This document shows, piece after piece, positions 38,031 through 49,328 of a DNA stretch of 64,000 nt. Each line of letters starts with the position of its first letter. Position 1 is the first letter of the stretch. The stretch is taken from assembly GCA_951804945.1 (NCBI GenBank), contig OX638153.1, positions 28,334,001-28,398,000 of the forward strand, written 5' to 3'. The DNA is from Podarcis cretensis (taxonomy: Eukaryota). The notes beneath the pieces are model-generated. The model was not told the origin of the DNA and did no database searches. It saw only the letters and a list, made by a program, of their open reading frames with translations. The position numbers were made by a program, and so were the translations under genes.

Positions 38031-40727
38031 CTTTCTCCTAATTTTATTGTACTTGATAAGTTTTTTGTAAGTTGCGCCTGAATTTTTTATAGACAGAAGG
38101 GCAGGATATAAATATTTTAGATAAATAAATAAAAACATGATACCCACTGCAGGAAGAAAGAAATGTGGTACAGGCTTGCTATTCCAAGCCCTTTCACTGG
38201 GAATTATTCCTCCATTGCTTCTTATGTCTTTTTCATTTAGTTTCTGTGCAGCAAAGACTGAGCAACCCATCAGAAAGTTTGCCCATTCACTTTACGTGTT
38301 CTTTCAAAGCCTTGTTCTAAATGCAGATAGTCCTAGTTGCTTTTAGAAATGTTTTGAAAACTAATTAGCTAAGTTGGGGTGATGTGCAAAGCATTTAGAA
38401 TTCCTGTTATCCCTTGAGTCTGATAAACCATGAAATCATGCATAAGTCACCAATTAAGCTCATCCAATGTTTAATGGGTAAAAGATCAGATATATTTGAA
38501 CTTCATTCTAGCCAATTATGTTTCCCCCACAAACTGGTGCAGTGAAACTATTAATGGATCTTGACTTTGCCTTAGGCTTGAAGCTACCAATTTGTTCCTT
38601 TTTGCATGAAACTTCTTACTCAGTACATGTTACATTTTCTTGCTATTTAAATTATCTTGATCTGTCAGATGCTCCGAGAATGTTGCTTAATGTTCTGAGA
38701 TGGCATATTAGTGCAGAAGGAATTTGGAATAAATTAATTGCACTCAGTAGTCACTACATGTGCAGAGCTTGTCACCTACCAAGATGAGTGCAACCCACCA
38801 ACCATATATGGGGTCCATCAAGGACTGAAAAAGTGGGTGGTGGGTGACAGGAAGCACCTAGCCACAATCCATGGCTGGTGAGATGCAATGCGCTCAGAGC
38901 GTCGGAAATAGTGCAAACTTGCTAAATTTATAATGTTGCTTTAATAAAGGATATCACTTTGGTTTACTTACTTTCTAGATTCCTTTTCAGTTTTCTGTTT
39001 TAACTTTCTATAGCCTTGTGGCTGGCCTTTGAGTGACTGTAGGTAGCCTTACAGTGAAAGCCTTACTCAGAAGCAAGCCCCATTGAGTTCAACTGGGACT
39101 TACTCCTAGGTAAACTGCTATAGGATTGCACCCTTAGGGAAGCATAGAATCATTTTGAGAATATTAAGATGATGTTGTAGAGGAACTAATGGGTATGTAA
39201 TTGGGAGCAGAAATTTGCATAAAAATTTGAAAATATGTTTCAAAGCTTGGAAACATCAAAGCACATTCAAATGCCAAGCTATCAATGTGGATGTTCAGTG
39301 TTTTTTAAAAGAAAAATGAAAGACAGAAATGTATGAGTTTCAGTTTTAAGTTGACTAATTATATCAAATAATTTCAGACAAATGCAATACCTTCCCTTTT
39401 TCTATTTTTCCTGATTGCGGCTAATGTGCTTTTTCAATATATATGGTAAGGACAAAGTCCTCCTGCTTTTCTGAAAGCAATGGGCTTTAATGCTGCCCTT
39501 GACCATGTGATAAAGGTGATGCTCTGAGTTTTATTGCATTTTCACATATTTATTTATTCAAGCAGTGCTTTTCTTTCCTGGGGGGGTACTCAAGGATACG
39601 TAGTACCAGTACCTTTTTTCCAGAAGAAAAGTACTGTATGCAAATATGTATATTTATAAACCTTGGGTGAAAATACAATTTATTTTAGTGAATGCTTTAT
39701 GGCCAAATGGTCTCCTTAATAAAAAAAATTCAGAGTGTTCACAACAACATTGTTAACATTCCAGCAAACCAAACAGTGAAGACTCAATTCATGTAATGAG
39801 TCATTTTCATGCAGCATATCTACAGCAATTTATTTTGAATGCCATTGAGGTCCATTAAAATCCCATTGATATTGATGGGAGAATGAAGCACATTTGGGGC
39901 CTTCTCCCCTTGAAAACAATAATTGCTTAGCATTGGGTCAATAATATATGCACGAGTATGAAAGTTGCAGTCCCACTACCTCTCCATTCCGAACAGGAGG
40001 AACAGAGCATTTGACAGCTCATGGAATCATTATGAAATTGCAGAAGAAGGCCAAGTCCTTGCAAATTGTCCAACAAAATGCATATACCCCAAGTTCCTTG
40101 GCAACAGAAATTTCAGTTAAGTGGGCATGCGGCGAGGAAGCCATGACAGATTGGTATAAAACCAACAGAAGTTTGTCATGCTGATATACCCTTATCACTG
40201 GTGTCACTACTCCTCGAGGCTGAATGAGTCAACTGGACCTTTCTGAGCTTTATAATTATTTATATTGGTTGCATATAAAATGAAAGCCAAGAGTCTGAGT
40301 AGCAAAAGAAAGTACTGTTGTTGAGGAGAGGACAGGCCACACACCCCAATATGGAGATTGATGCACTTTTTCTTCCCTTCCCTCAGCCATTTCCCACTGT
40401 TTACACTCCTGATGGCACATTCCAAAATAAAACTTAGAAGGAAGGTCACAGTGCTTTGGCAAAGATGCTCATAAATCAATAACTTTCCTTGTTCATTATG
40501 TCATTTGGCTTAGTAATTCACCTTGAAGAGTGTGCTAACTAGGCAATGGCACAGCCAGGTTCAGGTGAGCACAGGACTGCAAGGAACACTGAAGCACAGA
40601 AAGAGATTGCTTGAGAGAAGGAGGGGGGGGGGACAGTCCAAATGCAGGGTGTCAGGTTGATGGAAAATAGGCAGAAAATGCCATGGGTCTAGCCTGGTGT
40701 CATCTTTTTTGAGGCCCTATGCTGATA

Positions 40728-40906
40728 CAGTGTTGCCTCGCAAGACGAAAATAATCCGTTCCGTGATTCTCTTCGTCTAGCGGTTTTTTCGTCTTGCGAA
40801 GCAAGCCCATAGGAAATTCGTTTTGCAAAGCGCCTCCAAAACGGAAAACCCTTTCGTCTAGCGGGTTTTTCGTCTTGCGAGGCATTCGTCTTGTGGGGCA
40901 CCACTG
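40728..40906. mobile_element. Tc1/mariner (Tigger-like) MITE
   Basis: TIRs cagtgttgcctcgcaagacgaa / ttcgtcttgtggggcaccactg, with TA on both sides. Confidence 0.85.
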
Positions 40907-43611
40907 TAATGGCTTATATCTCATAAGGGTCATGTAACTCGGCTTCAGTAGGTTATTCACTGAATACAATGAACTTTTAAAAGAATTTATATAGCAACTT
41001 GCCCTCATAAGACATTTTAATCAATAGGACGTTGTAGTACTGATACCATCACTCTCTGTATCCTTGCTTCTGATATCCCCATTTCGTTAAAATGCATTCT
41101 TGATGTAAACATTAAAGCAGGTCTGCACAATCTGTAATCACAGCCAGTCATTCAGTCATGATCTGTCGCCCCTCCTCCTTGTTTTTACTGTCCCAGGCAG
41201 GCAGCAAAACGAGAAGGACAAGGTGGTAGGTAGATCAGTGCTGTGCAGGCGCAGCAGCTGGAGTTCCAGATTGACCACCAGTGGGCCCACACATTGCTGA
41301 CTTCTCCACTGCACCCCTCCCTCCTGCTAAGTGGTAGCAATGTCACAGCTGCAGGGAGGACAGATGTGCACCCCACCTCTTCCCACCAACCACTTTGGGT
41401 GATGAGTGAGCTGTGGGGTGTTTTTTTTAAGGCATCACAAGTTGTAAAGGCAAGGATGGGCAACCTGCAGCCCTCCAGATGCTGTTGGATTCCAACTGCC
41501 TTCATCCCTGACTGAGGTTGATGTGAGTTGGAGGCCATGCTGGTTGAGGTTGATAGCAGCTGGAGTCCTTATGGAAGGCCGCAAGAAAGACGATCATTGT
41601 TGGCACCTGCCTGTTTTGTGTTTGGCTTATCTGAGTCTATCCTCTTGTCCTCTTTTCTTTTCTACAGGTTTTAAATAGAGCAGCTTTTCTTCTAAATTTA
41701 TTCCTGCCAAATCCCCACAAGAGCACATGTGCTTTTTCTAAGAAATAAGCCGAACTATTGTCTGAAACTATTTCACCATGCCTAAACCTGCAGTGGAGTT
41801 TGGCTCCCATGTATTACAGAATCAGTTTTATCCTGAAAGCAGGTGGGCTGGTGGTACCTGAGTGAACATTTTCATTAGCCTGCATTGTAGCACATGCTCT
41901 GAGAAGATTTTCATAGTTTTCGCAATGCTTGGGAAAAGATGCTTTATGGCTGAAGCCAGCATATGTGTATATAGCTGCAACTTCACACAAGGATTTTCCT
42001 GATACGATGACACCATGCTGTTTTTAAGTGACTACCATGTATGTGTGTGTACATAAGACAGGACAGTAGAGGCCAGTAAGGTGGCATGGATTGTTTCCCT
42101 TTGAGCTTCCTAACAGCAGTTTGCTGGCACTTTTAAATGTACATCTCCATTCCCACATATGGCAGCGATCAGAGTGCCCAGCTTAAGACTGGGAACAAAC
42201 ATCCTGGGTCAAATCACATTCAGCTATGAACCTCACTAGGACATCTTGGGTCAGTCAGTCTTTATCCCCATAATTTGGCTTGCAGAACTGTTGTGAGAAT
42301 AAGAGGGGGGAGGAACTTGTAAGACGCTCTAAGCCCCTAGGATAAAAACAGATGTAAAAGAATTAATCATCAAGAGGTGTCAGAATTCACCATAAAAGCC
42401 TCCCTTGTTCTCTTAGAATGACAATGGCACCCACCTGAGAGGTGCCAGAACTGAGTTCTGGTGAGTTCCAACTGAAAAAAGCCCTAAGAATAAGAATAAC
42501 AAATACATATTTTTTAGATGAACAATTAGTTGGTTCATAGTGACCATCTATGTGTTTTATAGTGAAGATCAATGGCTAATTCATCCAAGCTTTCTCCAAA
42601 AGGCTGGTAGAATTACACTTATTATTATGATGATCTGATTGATCTGATTGAAATAACTTTGAAATATCTTAAGAAGTGGAAGGAAAAAGGTTGAAAAGAA
42701 AGCCAAATCTGGAAAGTACTATCGGTTCTTACGTCTCTCTTAATCTGCAGAAAGTTATATAGAGTTGTACTCAAGTCAACACAGAGTTTTGCTTCTTAAT
42801 TTCAATTTAAATGTTGGTAGCAGTAGTAAGATATTTTCCAGAGGCAAAATGCCTTACAGTGCAGAAGATAATGGCTTCCACTGCAGTTTTCCAAGTGCCT
42901 TTTTCATGAATATATTGCATCCTACCGGTTTCATGCAATAGTGTGAGATGGTAGCATTTCTACTTTGAGTGGACTTGATTAATCACAGCAGAAAGTCTAA
43001 TTCTATGTGTCATACTCCGACAGATCTATTATTGCACAGAGAATAGGTGACATTGTATCTCTCATCATTTTCCGAGCCACACACCAGACCCAGGACAAGT
43101 TCACAAAACAGGTCCCATTCTTCATGGACACACACTGTATAATGAAATATTTTATATTTAATTTTGAAAATGGTACAGATAGATCTTATCACTTTATAAG
43201 TTTAATTTTATAAAGTGAGCACTTCCCCCTCCTCCACCTTAGCAATGAATTTGTTTAACCTTGTCTTGCTGGTCACCTATACCACAAGGATTTAAGTATA
43301 CAGTATAAGGAATGAAGCTTCTGTTCACAGCAAGTCCATTTGCTCTGGGAGTGGCAGTGTCATATTGTAACTAAGAACTTGCCTGAGTATGCTCTTTCCC
43401 CTCTGCGCTTCAAGTCCTTTTTCCTTTTTGTGTTGCATCTTTTGGACTGTAGGACTGAGGGTATGCACTGTCTTATTTTTCATCTTTGTGAGCTGCTCTG
43501 GGAGACTTTTTAACCGAAGAGTGGGCTAAAAGTGCTTTGAATGACTGAAGCTAAGCAATACTCTATTACATTATAAAGCATGCTGAAATCTAGAAATACA
43601 ATACATAGATC

Positions 43612-43786
43612 CAGTGCTTTTTTCTGGGGATACACAAAGGTATGCATACCCCTAAACATTTTGTGAATCTTTGTACTTTTGTCCATTTACTGTATTTATT
43701 TTTCCTGTTTTGAACAATAACATGGTGATTTTCTTGAGTTAAAATGAGACTACACCTAAACATTTTTTTTAGAAAAAAAAGCACTT
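43612..43786. mobile_element. Non-autonomous DNA element with CAGTGCTTTTTT TIRs (hAT-like)
   Basis: cagtgcttttttct..agaaaaaaaagcact. Similar termini at 39563-39637 and 59602-59728; the latter shares its body with ~42372-42487. Confidence 0.6.
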
Positions 43787-44434
43787 CATAGATCAGCCAT
43801 AATTGCAGTCTTTCTTCACTAGGCTGTGGCTAATTCACAACAATAACTCAGCTAACAATGAATTGAACCAGTAACAGATGTTGTTTCACCATCTCTCTGT
43901 CTCTTACTCTCTGAAATCCACGTCATTATAAATACACAGGGCTAGGCTGGGGGTGTTCATATAGGGCTGGTTAACATATGTAGCAAACCATATGTGATCC
44001 CCACCCGAAAGAGAAAGGACTTCTTCAAGACTCTGGCCAAACTCATGTGGAAGTGTTCTTCTGATAAACTATTACATCATCAGCATTGATCAGTGGCTTG
44101 TGGTCAGTGGACTAGGGGGACTAGGCTAGTCTCCTAAAGATTCCCAGTAAATTAGAGTAGGGAGAGAGGTATGATTCTCCAAGGGGGCCCAAGAGCTCTT
44201 CTGCCACTTTCCCAAAAGCCCAGCTTTGAGAAGGAGGCATGATGCTCACATACGTTTCCTCCCAGCAATCACTGGCACCTCTGGCCCTAATTTTTCGCCT
44301 ATGGAAAATGTCACCACATGCCACAGGCATCAATAATGTACCCCCCCCAAAAAAAGCTAGTCTAAAATGCAGGTTTTACCTTGGAAGAAGGCCATGTTGA
44401 TTCTTAAGAGGAGGGTTCAGTATTCCCAGGTCTA

Positions 44435-44811
44435 AAGGTAAAGGTAAAGGTACCCCTGCCCGTACGGGCCAGTCTTGACAGACTCTGGGGTTGTGCGCCC
44501 ATCTCACTTAAGAGGCCAGGGGCCAGCGCTGTCTGGAGACACTTCCGGGTCACGTGGCCAGCGTGACGAAGCTGCTCTGGCCAGAGCCAGAGCCAGAGCC
44601 AGAGCCGCACACGGAAACGCCGTTTACCTTCCCGCTGGTAAGCGGTCCCTATTTATCTACTTGCACCCGGAGGTGCTTTCGAACTGCTAGGTTGGCAGGC
44701 GCTGGGACCGAGCAGCAGGAGCGCACCCCGCCGCAGGGATTCGAACCGCCGACCTTTCGATCGGCATGTCCTAGGCGCTGAGGCTTTAACCCACAGCGCC
44801 ACCTGCGTCCC
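44435..44811 (-). mobile_element. Sauria SINE, same young subfamily as 7547-7909
   Basis: (AAAGGT)n tail on the plus strand; TSD ATTCCCAGGTCTA at 44422-44434 and 44812-44824; internal (GCCAGA)4. Confidence 0.93.
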
Positions 44812-46817
44812 ATTCCCAGGTCTAGTCCTTGGCAAATAGGAAATCGCAGCTGGCAGCCACTTCAATCATCTCTTAAGCCTCTCCAACCCTCTCCTAGCTT
44901 CATATGCTTATATCCTCAGCAGCTCTGATCTCTGTGATGGCAGTGGCACTTCTTGGCATCACCATTAACAACTGTTCCTTTCCTACTGCAAGTAAACTTG
45001 CTATATCACAAATTCTCTCTCACTCCTCACCTTTCATTGCCCGCCCTCAAGTGAATCAAACGGATTCTAACTGCCTTAGAATGCTGCTGACAAACTCTCC
45101 TCCGCATTCCAAAGGCGAGGGCATTGCAACAGGAGCAGGCATTTCACCCCAAACTGCCTTCCAGACTGTTGATTGTCTTGCATCCTATATCAAGAGTGCA
45201 AGATTAGGGTTGCCATATTTCAAAAAGTGAAAATCTGGACACAAAAGTTGTTGAGCCTTTTTGGCAAAGTTGCTCTTCCTTGTGATGCTCACTATAATCT
45301 GAATAGCTAAGAGTCGAACGTGACTAAACAATAAAGACAAATGTTTTTCCTCATTGTGATCATCTGCTCTTGCCTAGGGATGAAGATAAATAAATCTGCT
45401 GTTTTCAGCTTTTCTCCATTTCTCATGTTTCTGAATTCAGTTCCATATCCATGTCAGTTTGTGGGGGTTTTTAATGAAAATTTGTGCATGTTTTTATATG
45501 CAACTTGGTGTGCAGTTTTTCCTAATACAGTGTACACATTGTTTGCAAGCCATATCCCTCAATAGAATGTGTTTTGATAAGATGTTTCCACTAAAGACAT
45601 TGTTGAGGGTACTTTTCTCTATCATCTGCATACTTTTACATTTTTTTGGTTGGAGAACTTGCATCACAACATCCACAGATGTGCAGATTTTGAAAGGTAG
45701 CTGCATTTTAGCTCAGATATTGGTCCAGGAATGACAGGTTAGATAGGCTCACATTAAAGTGCAAACAGAACAAATTGCTCACCCATCCTTACTCACAGCT
45801 ATCATCTGAAGAAACACAAGATTAACATGCAAAAAACATATTAGGAAATGTAATTATCTCTCCAAAGAAATTTCTTGATTCCGAAAGAGTAATACCACAG
45901 CAATTGTCAAAAATTATAACAAACTACATTTGAGTGTAATTCAAAACACATGATGCAGGGGTGAGGGGTGGTGATAACCTAGTGTGAAAGATAACAACAT
46001 GACTTAGGGTGCTTCTTTAACCTCACTTACCCAGGAGTAAATCCCATTGAATTAAGTGGGACGTACCACTGAGTAGACATGGTTGGGCTTGCAGCCTTAG
46101 ATCACTCCATATATGCATGGGGGCGGGGGCAGAAAATGCATTCTTTATACCATTCAGCAATGAATATGACTTCTAGAATTTTAGTTACCTATGGAACTTC
46201 CTGATATAGATATAAAACAGCCTTTCATCTATTGCATTTTGGTGGCAATCATCATGATGATTTGCTGAGTTTTTGAGTAACATAAAAAAATAATAATGAA
46301 CAGATTGCTTCCAGTCAGTGGCCATATGGCAATGCACAAATGAATAAGTGAAGATTTTGAGCTCTCTCGCTCTTTCTCCCTCTTGTGTGTGGAGCTTTTA
46401 GAATGTAAAATACATGTCTGCCTCTTCTACTGCTTGAACAATTGCTGGGCAAAACACTGGTAAATGTCTGGTTGTAACCTAGGTCAGCCTTTGACCTTTA
46501 ATCAATTGGAGCCCTATAATTTCCTGTGATGTGCCAAGCAGTAACTCTTTACAAAAGAAGGCCTTTATTTCTGCTGGGTCCATCTTAAAAGGTGTGTGTG
46601 TGTATGGCTTTATTTGGCAGTTCTGACAACTTTTGAATCCCCAAGTTGTCCCCAATGCATTTCAAAAGTGTACCATCTGATCACCTGAAGAAATTCTGAC
46701 AGGTTGCAAAAGCACATCACTGTGAGATGGTTGTGGTTCGAGGACCCGACCCCCGCAATGTGGAAAGAATACACACGGACACGTGATATAAGGTTAATGG
46801 GCAAGGAAAGGCCACAA

Positions 46818-47592
46818 TGCCCCTTCCGACCTTCAGGAGGAGGGGGGGTTGTGGGATCACGACCCCGCCCACACTCTGCGAGGCTGGCGTCAGCCTCGCA
46901 GGAGACAGGGATTCACCCAATTAGCATACCCTGTGGCGCCAGCCAATTGGCTGGCGGCAGGGGCGGGCCTTCCTAGGGCCACTTAAGGTCAGGGCAGCCC
47001 CTGGCTCACCCCCTTTCTTCCCTGGAGACGTCGCAGTTTCCCACCCACCCGCCCTTTAGGTTTTGCCACTGACCTTGCTATGGGCTTCGGCTGGTCGCCG
47101 CAAGGGGCCTGGTAGGAGTTTTTCCATTTGGCTAATTGGCTGGTTTTGTGAGCCACTTGGTTTTTTCGCCTACCTCGTAGCAAATCGTCACAACTCCCTC
47201 GGTTTTGGCGGTAGGCATTGGCCGGGGTATTATCATGCAGATGAGGTTGGGGGGGAGGAACGCCATCACCTCCCCCAATGCTTGAAGGGTAGTTCGTTAA
47301 AGGACTCCGAGGGGCGACGCCTCGTCCGAAACCTACGGAGGCTAGGGCCTAAAGCGCGCCCCCGAGCGGTAACCCCTTGGGGAGCGCCCAGGGATATGCA
47401 TCTCGGGTGGCTCCCCCTGTTGGTGTTTAACCCTTCCCGGTCAGACCGGATAGTCGGTTAGGGCCAATGCCTAAAGCCAATACCCTTCTTTCCTGTAATC
47501 AATAAAGTTGTGGCCATTTTTCGCCCATTAACCTAAAACTCTGTGTCCGTTGTCTTCATTTATTCCACCTGTGGGGGGGAGGGAATAGCCAC
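46818..47592 (+). mobile_element. Solo A-B unit of a related Ngaro family, nested in opposite orientation inside B2
   Basis: Interrupts B2 relative to the intact B1. (C)ACAA is repeated at 46813-46817 and 47592-47596. Shares collinear blocks with the reverse complement of A2-B2. CCAAT boxes ~46917 and 46943, GC box ~46960, AATAAA 47501. Confidence 0.88.
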
Positions 47593-47874
47593 ACAACTTT
47601 ATTGATTACAGCAGTGAAAAGGTATTGGCTTAGGCATTGGATTTGAACAAGTGGGTTTTTTCACCAGAAGGTGGAGCCAGTTGATGCCGATCCAACTATA
47701 GGCTCACCCCTAATGTCACCGAGGGTCGTGCCATGGCCTCCCGCCAAGCAGGCATCGGACAGAATACACGACCGCCAGATTCCTTTAACGGAATACCCCT
47801 AAAGATTGAAGGCATAGGCGATGGCCACACCTAGCTCTTCGACACAGCACAACACATTATTCCAATGCCTAACC

Positions 47875-48272
47875 TACCCACCAATACCACAAAAAGTTGT
47901 GACGATTGCTACGAGGTAGGCGAAAAAACCAAAAAGGCCTAATGCCAAATGGAAAAACTCCTACCAGGCCCCCTAGTCAACCAGGGCGACCAACCTAAGG
48001 TCCATAGCAAGGCCAGTGACCCAAGCCCTAACTAAAAGGGAGTGGAGGGTGGGTGACTCGTGGTGAGAGGACGAAGAATGAGGCCGGGCGAAGGCTGCCG
48101 CCGCAGCAAAAGGCTGCTGAACACGCCCCCCTGAGGCACCTGGTTGGATGCCTGCTGGGGGGCGTGGTCGCCAGCCAGGTGAGGTGATGGCAGGGGGCTA
48201 ATGCCCCCTGCTAGGGGCGGTGCTCGGGCTCCCGCCCACAACCACTCCCCTCTCTTGCAGGGAGGAGAGTCT
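47875..48272 (-). repeat. Ngaro A2 repeat (48056-48272 matches A1 50110-50326)
   Basis: Direct comparison shows one visible substitution (gtggTcgcc vs gtggGcgcc). Confidence 0.92.
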
Positions 48273-48276
48273 TTGT

Positions 48277-48637
48277 GGTTCGAGGACCCGACCCCCGCAA
48301 TGTGGAAAGAATACACACGGACACGTGATATAAGGTTAATGGGCAAGGAAAGGCCACAACTTTATTGATTACAGCAGTGAAAAGGTATTGGCTTAGGCAT
48401 TGGATTTGAACAAGTGGGTTTTTTCACCAGAAGGTGGAGCCAGTTGATGCCGATCCAACTATAGGCTCACCCCTAATGTCACCGAGGGTCGTGCCATGGC
48501 CTCCCGCCAAGCAGGCATCGGACAGAATACACGACCGCCAGATTCCTTTAACGGAATACCCCTAAAGATTGAAGGCATAGGCGATGGCCACACCTAGCTC
48601 TTCGACACAGCACAACACATTATTCCAATGCCTAACC
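48277..48637 (-). repeat. Ngaro B1 repeat (identical by eye to the split B2)
   Basis: 48277-48637 matches 46735-46817 plus 47597-47874; contains a minus-strand AATAAA. Confidence 0.93.
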
Positions 48638-48671
48638 GCCACCCGAGCCGCAAGGCTCGCCGCCAATACCC

Positions 48672-49328
48672 TCACGGCTGTAACCAATCCCGGATACTAT
48701 TAATGACGCTATCTAACCAGATGTCGTTCCCCAGGTCTGATAGATGCACCCCGTCATTCCGGTATAAGGCGTGCTCGCCGATACGGATACGGTCGTGATA
48801 AATGACTCGGCCATACATGAAGCGCACCCAACGGGCAACTGCCCGATTTACGAGTTTCCTGGTTTTTTCAATGGCCATACAGCTGCGCGCTCCGCGCCAA
48901 AAAGTCCTCTTCAGCATAGAAGACCAGAACACTGTCGTTCCGGGACATAAAGTAGCGAACGCATCCAAGTCACTTTTCATGCTCGCTAGCAAGTCCACAC
49001 TTCTCCTACTAGTCAAGTCATTCTCTCCTAATTGGATGACCAGGATATCGGGAGGGCCGAACGCGGCTACTTTCTCCCACAACAACGGCTTAAGCTCGAC
49101 CCAGAGCATGCCTCTTCTCGAGAACCAGGAAACTCGAACTCCAGGTGGTAAACCAAGGTTAGGCGCAAGGCCGCGGCTGGCCGCCCGAACACGGGCCCAA
49201 TGGACTATACTGTGGCCGCAAAACCACACATGTCGCCTGAACACAGCTGAGGGTGAAAGGAGAGAGAAAACCGGTAAGTAAGAGGACAACAGGGGGAGCA
49301 CTCTAACGTATGTAGCTTTTGTACGCAT
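48672..49328 (-). CDS. SGNH/GDSL-family hydrolase (esterase) of the Ngaro element
   Basis: Block I VWFCGHSI, block II RRGM, block III IQLGENDL, block V DGVHL. The 218-aa frame is uninterrupted; the true start is uncertain. Confidence 0.88.
   Translation of the reverse strand: MRTKATYVRVLPLLSSYLPVFSLLSPSAVFRRHVWFCGHSIVHWARVRAASRGLAPNLGLPPGVRVSWFSRRGMLWVELKPLLWEKVAAFGPPDILVIQLGENDLTSRRSVDLLASMKSDLDAFATLCPGTTVFWSSMLKRTFWRGARSCMAIEKTRKLVNRAVARWVRFMYGRVIYHDRIRIGEHALYRNDGVHLSDLGNDIWLDSVINSIRDWLQP
49247..49285 (-). promoter_or_regulatory. Candidate 3' splice acceptor upstream of the SGNH domain
   Basis: Minus strand cctcttacttaccggttttctctctcctttcaccctcAG|ctgtg. Confidence 0.55.

Noticed and set aside
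41640-41790. Strong plus-strand splice acceptor (..tcttttcttttctacag|)
   Set aside because: No recognisable coding sequence or matching donor follows it. A non-coding exon cannot be supported from sequence alone.
4085-46700. The many 60-190 aa ORFs in the track
   Set aside because: Apart from the L1 fragments at 20047-20591, they show no recognisable domains or exon structure, and many overlap SINEs, MITEs or microsatellites.
46818-47591. Retroviral-type solo LTR (TG...CA with a 5-bp CACAA TSD)
   Set aside because: The body is collinear with the Ngaro A-B repeats, and the same ACAA occurs at all junctions of the host element. A recombinase core explains it better, though an LTR is not formally excluded.
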